A stretch of 64,000 bases of DNA, taken from NCBI RefSeq assembly GCF_009914755.1, contig NC_060938.1; one strand, 5' to 3'. Both the position numbers and the translations under genes were made by a program. How positions within the stretch are numbered: position 1 is the first letter of the stretch; every line of letters begins with the position of its first letter. This document shows, one piece after another, positions 37,781 to 56,239 of the stretch. The notes under the pieces were generated by a model. The model was not told the DNA's origin and searched no databases. It saw only the letters and a list, made by a program, of their open reading frames with translations. This DNA comes from the human T2T-CHM13v2.0 reference genome, Homo sapiens.

Positions 37781-39529
37781 TCATTTATGGCCCTATGTGG
37801 ACCCTAATTCAGACTTCCTGTCGGAGGGTCCTGGGAAATGTCCGACCGTCTGGAGTCACTCACTTCCACTTCCGTCAGGAACCACACTGAGCTCATCTCA
37901 GAGAACGCTGAAGCACTCTGGGAAACACTTACATTTACGAGTTTATTATAAAGGATATTGCAAAAATTTCAGAAAAAATGATTCATGGGACAAGGCATGC
38001 GAAGAGATGCACTGCCTTCTGGGAAGTTGTATCCAGAAGCTTTCTAAACCCAGTCCTTTTGAGGATTTATAGGTAACTTGGGAATTAATACTCTACAACC
38101 TGTGATGGAGCAGGGAGCAGGGTCAGCTGTCCATTAGCATCTCTTGTGAGGTCTCTCCATTTTCATAAAGAGGCTTGAGAAAATCTCCAGATTTGCCTGA
38201 GGGTAGACACAAGGCAATGCTCAGTAATACTCAATGTTATCAGCCTACTGGACTTGGTATCAAAGACTTTTTGAGCACTGTATTACCTATTAAAAAACAG
38301 TAAACTGTAAAAGATAGTTCTTTAGACAAATTGGGCCACGGAAATGCCAAATCATTAGTTTTGGTGTCTGTAATGCCTCACAAAGTTATAAACTTTTATG
38401 AATAATTTGCTAAGGAATTAGCTCTAATGACAGGTAGTTTATTTATATACCTTGATAACATCTACAGGTGTCTTATGCACATGACATTATTGAAATATTT
38501 GTTTGGGTTTTTCTCAACCAGTCATTTTCTACACCATAATTCCAGCTCAGCCCACTCCACTTGCAATTGCTTGCTCTCATCTTCTAACTCCTGTTTATTC
38601 TTCTCAATTTCTACTGTAATGGCTTCATTTAACCTGCTCCTCCGTATCTTGTATGCTTTTTAGTTCACTGCTTATTTCCTTCTTCCTGCTGGAAAACTTG
38701 GCTAAATAATTTGTATTAATATTTTAGCTTCATTTAGCTTCAAGATTATCTCATAAAGATATCCTATATAAATGGTAGTTAATATTTCTGAGCACCAACT
38801 TCCCTTACTCCAGCTCTCAGACTTCTTCCCATTGTTATGACAATTGAAGGCTTTTTAAATTCCTGTCCTAGGAGAAGTTGCCCAAAATTTGCCATACATC
38901 TATGATGTTTTAATTAATCCTGACCTCTGAAAGATCTAGAAAATAATGGTAAACCATGTACACATATTTGTGTGTGCGCATGTGTGCATGTATCCATAGC
39001 ATCTGTGTGTGTGTACATTTTATAGATTTTTGTCTTTGTATGAAGAAATATACTGAATATCCAAATAATCATAATTTCTATAAAAGTGAGGTATGTGGGT
39101 TAAAATCTAGTGAACAAAATATAACTATACATTCATGATTTGGAAACCTTTAAACATGATTTTGAGGAATTACTCAATTGTTAATTGTTTCTGCCTTCTC
39201 TACCAAAATGACTAATATTTGGACTGAAAAGAAAAAAAGAAAACCTCGGTAAGTGGAATTTCTGTAGGTGGTAGCTCTGGAATATCCCACCAAGAGAATG
39301 AATCAGATTAAAATAATGACTGTAGAAATTTCCTTGTTAGCGAATATTCAGCCTGGCCTTAAGGAAAATGTAGCTCTCTCTTACTGCTTTGTATCTTATT
39401 TCTTTTACTATGTCAATTCTCACCTTAGTAGAAATACTACTAGTTCTAGTACCATGGCTGTCATAGATGCAACCGTTATATTCCATTTAGTTTCTTCTTC
39501 AGTTTCCCTAACAATTGTTTGAAACTGAA

Positions 39530-39710
39530 TATATATGTTTATATATGTGTGTGTGTTCACTGTCATGTATATGGTGTATATGGGATGTGTGCAGTTTTCA
39601 GTTATATATATATTCATATATACATATGCATATATATGTATAATATACATATATACATGCATACACATATATAATATACATATATATACACATATATGCA
39701 CACATATAAT
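39530..39710. repeat. (TA)/(CATA)/(TG) low-complexity repeat
   Basis: Direct reading. Confidence 0.85.
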
Positions 39711-41485
39711 CACTGAGTTCCAAAGTGAGTCTTTATTTGGGGCAATTGTATTCTCTCCCCTCTGTCTGCTCACTGGCCTTTGCAAGACATAGCAATTGCT
39801 TGATTTTCCTTTGGATAAGAGTCTTATCTTCGGCACTCTTGACTCTAGCCTTAACTTTAGATTTCTATTCCAGAATACCTCTCATATCTATCTTAAAACC
39901 TAAGATGGGTAAAGAGGTCATAAGATTTGTAGTATGAAAGAGTTTGCTTAGTTAAATTATATCTCAGGAAACTCATTCATCTACAAGTTAAATTGTAAAA
40001 TGATTGTTTGTTGTATCTGAAAAAATGTTTAGAACAAGAAATGTAACTGGGTAGCCTGTTATATCAAAGAACCCTCGATTTATTAAGTCTCCTCATAGCC
40101 ATATCCTTATATAGCCCTCTCTGACACTGACTTAATAGACACTTGATAAATGATAGTAAATTTAGGCTTGGCAAATTAAAATGGCACCAATGCCAAGTGA
40201 GAACCTGATCTACTCTACCAGAGAGACTAAGTGGAGGAGAACCCAGCTGATAGCACCAGTGAACTGCCAGATATTTGAGTGATGTCACTTTGGACTATGT
40301 AGGCCTTGTCAGTCATATAAGGAAACCTAGGCAAGACTCCAAATATTTTCCTCCGGAGCCCAACCAAAGTTAACAAATTGTGAGTATGTGTTTTCAGCAA
40401 CTAAGTTTGATGACTGCTAATTACACAGCAATGGCTAACTGAAATAACAACTAAAAATTAAAGATGAGATAATGAACTGTGTTTAAAAATTTAGCAAGTG
40501 AGTACTTCATGAATATATTTACCTTGATGGCATTACAAGCTAAGTTTTACTGAGCTTTATTAGAACAAATTATTTGGGCATTGAAGAGAAAGTGAAATTT
40601 CAAACTATCTTATTTACGTTTATGTTTCAGTTATCCCACAAAAGCAGGAAATCACTTTCAACAATGCACCTGAGATATTTTACAGTAACTCTCTCGTTAT
40701 TTCCAGGTATCAGGTGGAGAAATATGGATCAGACACAAAGACAATAATGTTCATTGCTCTCTAGCTGAATACTTTTTCTTAAATGGGTTTATTAGTAAAT
40801 TGATGACAACTTGATTTGATGTTTACTCTGATTGATGTGTGATGTAAAGTTCTTCCTAAAGCCCCCTTTCTTTTCCTTTTTAAAATTATTAATGTAGACG
40901 AATACAGAGAATGTGAACATATTAGATATATAGATATCACAACAGGAGAACAGTCAATGTTATGTTTTAGACTATTTCAACCCTAAAATGTGGACACAGG
41001 TTGGAATGAGGATCCATTTCAGCATAATAGCCTCCAATGGAGTGGGGAACATATAAAATCCTGTGTTGCTTTATGAAATATTGCTTATTTGCTTCATGTT
41101 TTTAAAAAGTATCTGTTTTATTTAATAGTGGGATCTTTATGTCAGGGATTACTGATGTTTCCAGCAAGCTAATTCGTACCAGGGAGACAATGTAAACATT
41201 TAGAAAGGGGATTATATTTCTGTTCTATCTGCATATGTCAGATGACAATGAGAGTTTCAAAGTACAATCCTAAGAAGGGTTGTATTGTAGATTTGGCCTA
41301 GAAGCCCAAAGCCATTAAATTTTTATCAAAATTATACCTGAAAATTCTTCATGTTGTTCATTAGCAGTCATCATCTTTACAAAGATAAAGGAAATAAAGT
41401 GATTTCCATCTGTTGCAATCTCTTGCCTTTTACAATAGACAAAATTTTTATTTTCATTAGGTTTCACAAAAGGAATGATATATAA

Positions 41486-43875
<2,390 letters not shown>

Positions 43876-44457
43876 GAACTAGTTTGTTGAGTTCATTTAG
43901 GATCTAAGTTGTAAGAAATATTGCACCAGACAATTTATTTTTTGAGATGAAGCTCAAGTAAGTATGAGCACAGTATCAGGAATGACATTCATTTGTTCCC
44001 AGCTGTCTCTAGGCATTTTGCACTCTTGAAAAATACTAAGTTCCCTGGACCTGAAGAGATTCATGTATCAGTAAGAATGTGAGCCCCTTGAGTGTTCAAT
44101 GTCCCTTCAAACCTTAGAAACTGTAAGTCAATGATGGTGATTCTCACATCACAAGAGTATAGTTAGCTTCTTTTAAAAGATATAAAAGACCCCTCTGAGT
44201 TAGCCCTGGACACATATTACTCCAACTGCCTGAATAAATGTTTAGCGATCCATACAGAATTACTCTCAATTAGATTTAGAGAAAACATTCTCTCTTTGAA
44301 GAACACTGGAATTGGGGAAAATATGGTAGAGCATATAGGTTATTTTGCCTTTGTTACTTTGTAGACCTTAAATCATGGAGTGTGTTAGAACACAGTATAT
44401 TTGTGACAACCATGACAGTTCAGAGAAATACAGTGACGTCATTTACTCTGAAACTGA

Positions 44458-44830
<373 letters not shown>

Positions 44831-46174
44831 TACCTGCATGATTTCTATTCCTCTCATTTTGTTGTTCTTTTTATAAAACACCTTTGCTAAATAATAAAGT
44901 TATTACTCTAAGGTAGTGTCCAGGTCTCTTTGATAATAATGAAACGTCCATGGCCAAATCCCATTGCTTTGTTTTGACAGTGTGCTCCAAGAAAATTACT
45001 TTGATATGCCCTCTCATATTAGAATAAATACATTATACATGCCTATTGCCTACATCAAGTTTTGAATTGTACCACTTTCAGGTTTAACCTGGCCATACAG
45101 CAGATTTTCTTAATGGTTGGTGAACACGGAATAATATTTTATTCAGATAAACTATTTTGCAGAAACATTTAAAGTCAGATATTGCAGAACTACTGAGTAT
45201 CTGAACTTTAAAGGGACACTCTTAACCATATTTTGTTTTATTTAGTACTCACACTGACAAGTTGATTTACCACCTCATTTTCCCAACAAGTGTCAAGATT
45301 TCAATATGCAGTTAGTGGTTTCTAAAAACGTTGACTATTTAATTACATCCTTATAGTTTCCCAAAATTGCTTATAGTTTGCCCTCATTTAGTTAGGTCTA
45401 TAATATTTCTCAATTAGTGTAAAAATTTCTATGCCTTTTTAATTATCGATGCATATAATGATGTATAAAAATTATTATGTAGATAGCTCCTCCAAGAAAA
45501 CTTAAAATCAAGAGCTTTTAGCATCAAAGTATCAGAATACAAACTAAAGAAAACACACCAATTTGGAAAGATTTTCTTTAAATACATTAAAGTGAATAAA
45601 ATGTTCACAGAGAATAACTCACATCTAAGGATACAGACGTTTTCTTAAAGTGAAACTATTTTTGGCTCACTCAGACTCTGGGTAGTGTTTCATTGATTTT
45701 GAATTTCACTGGTCAGAACCAGTGTTGGTAGTAAGAATTACTGTCCCAGAAGAGAATGGAAATGCTTGCCAACTCTACTTTCAACCCTTGTTGGAATCCC
45801 TATGTTGTGGGTAGAGATATGACTAAATTAAGCAGTTTTAAGTCTAAGCCAGAAAGATTTAATTTTTGATTTATTGGTTTTACAATTGTTAAATATTGCC
45901 TTTAACCAAGTATATGTTTTATCATGTAATAATCACTTTGGCAACCTCAAATGTCATGGGTTCACAGGGTAAATGTTAAGGTAGTAGCTAAACAATTAAG
46001 AGTAAGGAGATCTAAAGTAAGTGAAAAAAATTCAAGATGTAATACAGAGTCCAAAATGACAGACTTGAGAAATTTTCAAAAACTAGGAAAAGAAAACCAA
46101 AAGTCATTCTTGCCGTGTCTCTGATTGCACTGACTTGATGCAGAATTGGTGCATTAACATATGTATACATTACA

Positions 46175-46403
46175 TACATATACATGTGCCATGCTGGTGT
46201 GCTGCACCCATTAACTCGACATTTAGCATTAGGCATATCTCCTAATGCTATCCCTCCCCCCCGTCTCCCCACCCCACAACAGTCCCCAGAGTGTGATGTT
46301 CCCCTTCCTGTGTCCGTGTGTTCTCATTGTTTAATTCCCACCTATGAGTGAGAACATGCGGTGTTTGGTTTTTTGTCCTTGGGATAGTTGACTGAGAATG
46401 ATG
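46175..46403 (-). mobile_element. Young L1PA 3' UTR fragment
   Basis: ACATGTGCCATGCTGGTGTGCTGCACCCATTAACTCG...GTGAGAACATGCGGTGTTTGG. Confidence 0.9.
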
Positions 46404-46990
46404 AATTAAAATAAAAATGCATGCACTTTCAAATGTACTTAGTGCAACATATTGAACTTAAATTCCAGTTTTCCTGGAATTACTTGTGTCTTGAGCTAAA
46501 GGCTGTATTTGATATAACAGGGAAGGAAAGAAATTATTTTTCCTATAAAATTAGTTTAGTTTAAAAACACATATAATTAAACAAAATAAAAATATTATTC
46601 CATCTTTTAAAGAACATTTACTAATTCACAGATATTACCCGAAGTTTAGAAAGTCACCTAAGAACAATTGTTTAAAAATTATTTAGGGAAAATGAAGCAA
46701 AATTGTTTTCAATCTGAGATTTTAACAGCCAGTGCACTCCTGTTCCTCAGCTGAAAGTCCCCTTCATTCTGAATGTCTGCAGTAGTATTGAATTGGGGAG
46801 CAGTTAGGTTCCAGGGACATATTCACTCCTGTTTTGTTCTCCCATCAATCTCAGCCTTTCGGTGACTGTTTGGGCAAAGCCTCCCTTGTGGTAGAAGATG
46901 CCTCACTTCTGGGGAGAAGAGGCTCCTCATCTTGCAGACAAGAAGCAGCACCCACTGTTTCTTGCTCCAAAAGCCATTAACATTATAAAC

Positions 46991-47275
46991 TGGCCAGTTG
47001 CAGTGGCTCAAACTTGTAATCCCAGCACCTTTTGGGAGGTTGAGGCACAAGGATTGCTTGAGCCCAGGAGTTTGAGTACAGCCTTGGCAACAAAGTGAGA
47101 CCCAATCTCTACAAAAACTAGAGAAAAAATAGCTGGGTGTGTTGGCACTCACCTGTACTAAGGAGGCTGGACTGGGAGGATCTCTTGAGCCCAGGTGGTT
47201 GAGGCTGCAGTGAGCCAAGATCACGCCTCTGCACTTGAGCTTGGGTGACAGAGTAAGACCCTATCTCAAAAAATA
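46991..47275 (+). mobile_element. AluJ-like element
   Basis: GGATTGCTTGAGCCCAGGAGTTTGAG. Confidence 0.88.
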
Positions 47276-49171
47276 AATTATAAACTGATTCACAATAACT
47301 TTGGTTTTGTCACTAATACGCTGAATATTTTTGTTACAACTAATATGCAAAATACAAACTGGCTATCACTACCATTCTGATAATGGAATTAGCTCTCCTG
47401 CATACCTGATGACCTAATGCTTAACCTAATCTTCCTCTTTCACACTTTGATTTGGAAACTTGTTACAATAGAGTTCTTTACCTCAAAGTCTTAAGGAATT
47501 GAAGACAAGACTAGAGTATGTTAAGATACCACAAAAAAATGTACATAGCAAGAGCTTTCTTGAGTAAGCAAATTTTATACATATAAAAATAATTTACATG
47601 CAAATGACTAAGAGGAAATGTTAAGTGACTCTGGTGTAAATAATTAGTTTTCTGATTCTGCCAGAGCATATTAAGAAAAATTCACTTTGGCAAAATTATA
47701 TGGATTTAAAGAAGTAACAAGTGGGTTTGTCTAAAGTACAGTTTGGCTTTTTACTAGAATATCAAGTCACTTTTTTGGGTGAGGAGAGTACAATGGGAAT
47801 GGGCAGCTGGTGAAAATAAACAATTAAAATTACTTAAAACTTCAACAAATGGGATCTGTATTTAAACCTGTTTTGGTCTATCTTCCCTTTGTTTTTTCTA
47901 ATCCCAACAATGCAAACCTCAGCCACTGTCAAGGGCAATCTCAGACTGGAGGTTGCTGCCTAGGGTGAGGTTCTAGGAAGACTTACAAGCAGAGCTTGGG
48001 GAAATGTCTGCATGGGAAAACAGAGCCAGACTTAGAAGGCAATGCTGATGAATCCCATTTTCTTACTACAGAAGAGCTAGCAAAAACTACAATATGATGT
48101 GTAAAGTCAGTGTAATCTTATGGACATTATACCAAGTCACAACATGAGGCATGAGATACCTCAGATGTTGTTCCCTCTAAATCTCATGTTGAATTGTGAT
48201 ATCCCCAATGTTGGTGGTAGGTCTGGAGGGAGGTGATTGGATCATGGGGGTGGATTTCTCAGAAATGGTCTAGCATCCTGTCCCTGGTGCTGTCCTTGTG
48301 ATAGTGAGTGAATTCTTTCAAGATCTATTTGTTTAAAAGTGTGTGGTGCTTTCCCTGCCTTGCCAGGTGATGTGCCTGCCTGCTCCTTCTTCAACTTCTG
48401 CCATGAATAAAAGCGCCTCACCAGAAGCTAGGCAGATGCCAGAACCATGCTTGTACAGACTGCAGCTATAAAAACCTCTTTTCAAACCTATTTTCTTTAT
48501 AAATTACCCAGTCTCAGGCATTTCTTTATAGCAATGTAAGAATGGCCTAATACAGAAAATTGGTACTGAGACATGGGGCATTGCTATAAAGATACTTGAA
48601 AATGTGGAAGTGACTTTGGAACTGAGTAATGGGCAGGAGTTGGAAGAGTTTGGAGGGCTCAGAATACAGGAAGATGAAGGAAAGTTCTGAATTTCTTAGA
48701 GACTAGTTAAATGGTTGTGACCAAAATGCTGATAGTGGTATGGACAGTGAAGGATAGGGTGACGCAGTCTCAGATGGAATTGAGGAACTTACTGGGACTT
48801 GGAATAAAGGTCATGCCTGTTATGCCTTTGCAAAGAACTTGGCTGCAGTCTTTTCATGTACTAGGGATCTGAGGAAGTTTGAACACTCAGACGCAGGAGC
48901 AAAAAAATGACTTAAAGTTGGAATTTACAATTAAATGGGAAGCAGACCATACAAGTATAGAAAATTTGCAGCCTGCCCATTTGGCAAAGGAAGATAAAGC
49001 ATTTTCAGGGGAAGAATCTAAACAGGCTGCGGAGCAACCACATATTAGAGACATTTGCATAACTGAAAAAGCTAGGTGCTGATAGCCAAGAAAATTAAAA
49101 AAAGGCCTTGAAGGCATTTCAGAAATCTTTGCAGCAGCTCATCCCACCACAGACCTAGAGGTCTAGGATAA

Positions 49172-50020
<849 letters not shown>

Positions 50021-51559
50021 CTTGGTCCAGGGCCAGGGCATCACTGCCCTGTACCACCCCCAGGAGGGTGTTCCTTGCATCCTGGCCCTTCTAGCTCCAG
50101 GCTTGGTTCAAAGGGCTGCAGATAGAGCTCAGGCCATTGCTTCAGAGGGTGCAAACTATAAGCTTTGGTGGCTTCCATGTGGTGTTAAGCCTGCAGGTGA
50201 TCAAAGTGCAAGAGTGAAGGGAGCTTGGCATTCTCTGCCTAAATTTCAGAGGATGTATGAGAAAGGCTGGATGCCCAGAGAGAAGCCTATGCACAGCTGG
50301 AGCCCTCAAAGAGGACCTCTTCTAGGACAGTGCCAAGTGGTAATGTGGGATTGGAGGCCCCACACTGTGGGGGCTGCCTAGTGGAGCTGTGGGAGGGGGG
50401 GCTGCTGCCCTCCAGATCAAAGAATGATAGAGCCACCAGCAGCTCCTGTCTTCAGTGTAGAAAAGCTGTGGGAGCAGAGCTGCCCAAAGCCTTGGTAGCC
50501 CACCCTATGCATCCTGGTAATGCTCTATGTTCCCAGGATGTGGGACATGGTTTCAAAGGAGATTATTTTGGAACATCGAGATTTAATGACTGCCCTGCTG
50601 GGATTTGAACTTGTGTGGGGCCTGTAGTTCCTTTCTTTTGGCCAATTTATCTCATTTGTAATGGGAATGTTTACCCAATGCCTGTATCCCAGTTTTATCT
50701 TAGAAGTCAATAACTGGTTTTGATTTTACAGGCTCATTGGTGGAAGGGACTTGCCTTGTCTCAGAAGAAACTGCACTTTCGAGTGATGCCAAAACAGGTT
50801 GAGACTTTTGGGGGACTATTGAGAAGGGATGATTGTATTTTGCAATGTGAGAAGAACATGAGATTTGAAGGGCCAGGGATGGAATGAAATAGTTTGGATG
50901 TTATACCCTTTAAGTCTCATGTTGAATTGTAATTCCCACTGTTGGAGGTGGGGTCTGTTGGGAGGTGATGGGGTCATGAGGGCTGATTTCTCATGTTTAG
51001 CACCATCCTCTTGGCACTGTCCTTGCAAGAGTGAGTGAGTTCTCATGATATCTGGCTGTTTAAAAGTGTGTGGCACCTCTCCCTGCTTGCTCCTGCTCTG
51101 GCCATGTGACATACCTTCTTTTGCTTCACCTTCTGCCATGTGTAAAAGCTCCCTGAGGACCCTTCTTGAAGCCAAGCAACTGCCAATGCAAAGCTTCCTG
51201 TACAGTCTGCAGAATTGGGAGCCAAGTCAACCTTTTTTTTCGGTATAAATTACGTAGTGCTTAGGTATTCCTTTATAAAACTGTCATAGTACAATTATAG
51301 CAAGAATGTCATAATACAAGGCATAATGGTTTGCATTTTAAAAATGAAAATTTAATTTATGTAATTTATCATGAAAAGATGAAATGAGTTAATAATGAGT
51401 AATATCTACATGTTGTCTTAGAGGTGCTGACAATCTGTCAAGGAATTACATACACGGATCAAGCAGTTTACCTTCAAGTTGAATAACAAGATATTCCTAT
51501 CTAACATAACAAAATTTTGACATTATTTGGGAGACTGGAAATAATGCAAAGTAATATCA

Positions 51560-52030
51560 GATTGTCAAAGTCAAATAAATATAGAGACAAACATCTGAAA
51601 TTAAAATGTTTTATTTGAGATACAAGTATTACAATTTCACACATACATGCAGAATGGGTGTCTTTAGTATGTCCAAAACATAAAGAGAAAGTTAGAGGTT
51701 TTATAAAAACGGGAGACAGAGAGAAAAACGGTATGTATTTCTCTTTGAGAAAGTTCACTGGCACCAGTAAGGTTTTTGAGAGCTGGCAGGCTCTGATAGG
51801 TGAGGGACAGTGGTGGGTAAAGCTAGTCTTAGTGTTCAAGAGTTTGTTGCAGTAACCATTTGATAAAACTGGTTTCAGCTTAAAGCAGGTAATTTCAGCA
51901 GCCAGGCATGAAGAGAATTACGCTTTTGGAGTGGTGTTTTTGCCCTGAATGCCTCCTCCCCCTGGCTTCTTGATGGTTTTATTTGGTGTGACAAGAATGA
52001 CCCAATTCATATGATCAATTTTTACATTTA
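51560..52030 (-). mobile_element. MER4-group ERV1 LTR
   Basis: TGTCAAAG...TTTTATTTG...TTTTCACA-like termini. Confidence 0.4.
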
Positions 52031-52429
52031 CCCCTTTCCATCAAGATCTTTCTCTTAAAGCATCAACCATGTTTATAGTTGTACAACTACAAGTTAGGCT
52101 TAATCATCACTTAGTGCTAGGATGGACCTGTCTCAGTTGCTCCATCCCACATCTGGGAAAGGTATGGAGGTCTACATCAGGTCTATGTCAAGATTTATGG
52201 CCTAAAATGTCTATCCAAGGAAAAAATAAAACTGACCAGTAATCCCAGGAGAGAAACATACCTTGGCAAATTCGAAGATATTTCTAATTTTATTTAACAA
52301 TTTTAAAATTAATTAATGTATCAAAGATTCACCCAACTCATGTCAAACAAAATATGTTTGGGTTAAATAATATATATTTTATATGGACATTCCTTTATTT
52401 AAAACATCCTTTTTTCCTAGAATGATGGA

Positions 52430-54770
52430 TTAGGGGCTTTCAGTGTGCCTCAGCCAGTTGGAAGTAGAAAAATAAGCATAAAGATAAACTTTGTGAACTT
52501 CAATTCAAGAAGAAAAATAGGAATTCACAGGAATAGAGAAGAACATTCCAGACACTGTGGAGGGGGAGGTGGGAAGGCAGCCTCTGTTATAACATTTGGT
52601 TCATAAAAGGGAGTGAAACACCAGTACGAGAGAAGAGCAGCCAGTCTCCCTCTGCAACTCACCTTTCCACTGGGGATCTGTGCAATCCAGATTAAGGGAG
52701 AGCACTCTGTTTCTCCCAAACCTTGGAGCTAGCACAAAAGAGGCTGAGATATGGGGAAAGAGGAAAGACACTCAGAAAAGCTGCAGGCATTTCCCCAGAC
52801 CTGGGACTGAGAGAAGGATGCCCTTTTTAATCTGGGCTCATACAAAGTCAATCATTGTTTTGTGCCTGGCAATGATGGCCACTGCAGACACTTTAATCTT
52901 GGGCTAGGAATTGGAGTGCTTCCTCTGGAGCAGGGGAGCAGCCTCCACCGCCAGAATTGAGGGTTGAGTATGGAAAGTGCCCCAGCAGTAGGTGTTGGAA
53001 TTAGGCTCTCTCCTCTTGCAGGACTGTAGTGGGAAGAGTGTTCCTAAAGCAGAGGTTTCTCAAGGATGGTGAGACTTGCAGCCAAGAACATCTTTGCAAC
53101 CTGGAACTGGTCTGTGTGTGTCATTGCTGGGTGTCCCAGCCTACTCCCTTGGTCAGTTAACAGAGTACTCCATCAGCTCCAAGAAACAGGAGGGAGGTGA
53201 ACCCCATTCCCCAGGAGACCTAAACTTTGGTGGGGACCAGCCCTAAGGGAAGGAGGAATACAGCTTGCCAAACCCACCCCTTGGATAAAAGGAAACACGA
53301 TCATGACATCAGCTGCTGAAAGGGGCACACCAAAGCCTGGGAACAGATTTAGAGAGGTAGTCATCTCTTGCCCTCTGTCCCCTTCCTAGTGCACTGCTGC
53401 AGACCCAGCAGTGGTCATCCTGTTGGGGCCCAAGGAACGTGGGCTGAAAGAGGCTGCTTCTTAGGTTTCTCCAGCAGCTCTGCCCCTGCTGAAGACTAGT
53501 ACACACTGGGACAGGGCGCTTTTGGCAGTTTGTCACTTCTGTACCTGTCGAGGACAAGTACACAGAGGAGAAGACCCTGCAGCCAGCTGTTACTCTTAAG
53601 CACTGTCTACTGGACTGAAGCCTTGATTACACCACCAAACAAAAATACATCACCACACCACGCCACCACAGGAGCCTATCTGCAACCAAGGAACTTGTAC
53701 AGAGCCTTGGTCCTCTGAAAGTACCCAGAAATGAAGCAAATTGATCCTATACAACACACACCACAGTCATACCCTTAAGAAAAAGAAATAATGAAAAATT
53801 AAAAAAAAACTCCTTCCAAATGATAGCAAGTTCAACAAAAGAAGCATCAAGTCTCTCAGATGAGAAGAAACCAGCACAAGAACTCTGGCAATACAAAAAG
53901 CCAGAATGTTCCATCACCTCCAAAGGATTACACCAGCAATCTAACAAAGAGTCCTAACCAGAATGAAACATCTGAAATGACAGGTATAGTATTCAAGATA
54001 TAAGTGGCAAAAAGAAAAATCACCAAAATCCAACAGAAAGTTGAAATCCAACAACAAACCCATAACAACGATCCTGGATTTGAATGACAACATAGCCATA
54101 TTAAGAAAGAACCAAGCAGAGCTTCTTGCATTGAGAAATTTACTATAGGAATTTCAAAAAAGAGCTAGCAACCTTAGCAACAGACTAGACCAAATAGAAG
54201 AAATAATTTAAGAGCTCAAATACCAGACCTTTGAATCAACCGAGTCAGACAAAAATAAAAAAAGAATTTAAAAATAATGAACCAAACTTTTGAGAAATGT
54301 AGGATTATGTAAAGGAACAAAATCTATGACTTATTGGCATTTTTTTTTTGAGACAGAATCTCACTCTGTTACCCAGTCTGTAGTGCAGTGGCATGATCTT
54401 GGCTCACTGAAACCTCCACCTCCTTGATTCAAGTAATTCTCATGCCTCAGCCTCCCAAGTATCTGAGATTACAGGCGTGTGCCTGCATGCCTCAGTAATT
54501 TTTGTATTTTTAGTAGAGATGGGGTTTCGCCATGCTGGCCAGGTTGGTCTCAAATTTCTGGCCTCGGGTGATCCTCCCACCTTGGCCTCCCAAAGTGCTG
54601 GGATTACTGGCATGAGCCACGGTGCGTGGCTGACTTATTGGCATTTCTAACAGAGAAGAAGAGAAAGTAATCAACTTGGAAAACGTTTTTGAGAACATAA
54701 TTCAGGAAACTGTCCTCAATCTTGCTAAAGAGGTCGACATGCTGATACAAGAAATCCAGAGAACTCCCGT
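52430..54770 (+). mobile_element. Old L1P (L1PB-like) 5' UTR/ORF1 remnant
   Basis: CAGATGAGAAGAAACCAGCACAAGAACTCTGGC...AGACTAGACCAA...GGATTATGTAAAG. Confidence 0.65.
54343..54630 (-). mobile_element. AluS with a 16-bp TSD
   Basis: TGACTTATTGGCATTT at 54327 and 54631. Confidence 0.9.
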
Positions 54771-54771
54771 G

Positions 54772-55348
54772 AGACTGAAGGTAGACAGTGAAGCAAATGC
54801 TTGCTTTCTTGTGTGGCTCTGATTAGCATCAGGATATCTAAGTTTTACATAGGAAAGGAGGGAGCAGAGGAAACAGTTATGCATTCATCTCGCATTCAGT
54901 AAATCTCCATTTTACGTAAGATAAAGTAAGCATGTAAATAGAGGGAGTGGAGTAGAGGAATACTCAATGATTCATTCATCTCAGGATAGGCAGAGGGATG
55001 ATTTCTCGTCCTGACCTTGTCCCAGAACTATGAAAATAAGCTGGTAATTGAGATTGTCAGGGTGAAATTGAGCCGACTCACTTTTAGGGATAGTTTACAG
55101 GTGGGATGTGCATTCTGAAAAATTTAGGGGCTCACAGCAAACTGTGAGGGAGGACATCTGAAGAGACATGCGGCCTTCTGTCACTGTGGGAACCTCGCTT
55201 ATGGATGAGGCTATGACACAGGGTTGTGAAGTTATAACTATGTGTTTGAGAACAAGGAAAGCAGTATTGCATAACTCAGTTCCCAAGCTTAATTTTCCCT
55301 TTGACACAGTTAGCTTGGGGTTGGGGTCTCTATTCTCTTTTCTCTCAC
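54772..55348 (-). mobile_element. MER4/MER41-group LTR
   Basis: GGGAGCAGAGGAAACAGTTATGCATTCATCTC...CCCAAGCTTAATTTTCCCTTTG...TCTCACA. Confidence 0.5.
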
Positions 55349-55539
55349 AAAATCATATGGGAACATTCCAGAAAATGTGAGGTTCTGTGCTCACTATTAA
55401 ATAAAAATGACCAGGAGAGCCATGGGTAAGCTCCCTCCTCAGTCATCAGGACTCCAACAGAGAGTTTTCCCCTGTGTGGACAGGGTCCTGAATTCTGCAG
55501 GATCCCGTGGGGACACAAGTGTCAGGATAGAGACATTCG

Positions 55540-55825
55540 TTCAGCCAGGCACAGTGTCTCACAGCTGTAATGTCAGCTACACTGGAGGCTGAGGTCGCCT
55601 TGAGGCCAGGATTTCAAGACCAGCCTGGACAAGATAGCAAGATCCCATATCTAAGAATAAAATTAGCCGGGTGTGGTGGCATGCACCTGTAATCCTAGTT
55701 ACTTGGGAGGGAGGCTGAGGTGGGAGGATTGTTTGAGCCTAGGCGTTGGAGGCTACAATGAGCTAGGATTACACCACTGCACTCCAGTCTCGGCAACAGT
55801 AAGATTCCGTATGTAACAACAACCA
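55540..55825 (+). mobile_element. AluJ-like element
   Basis: Diverged Alu motifs. Confidence 0.8.
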
Positions 55826-55921
55826 AACTATTCTGTGTTTTGAGTGTAAATTACCATAGCCATTGTAACAGAAATTAGGCAGCAACTCTTAACATTCAAA
55901 ATGCATAAGCAATTTGGCTAA

Positions 55922-56239
<318 letters not shown>

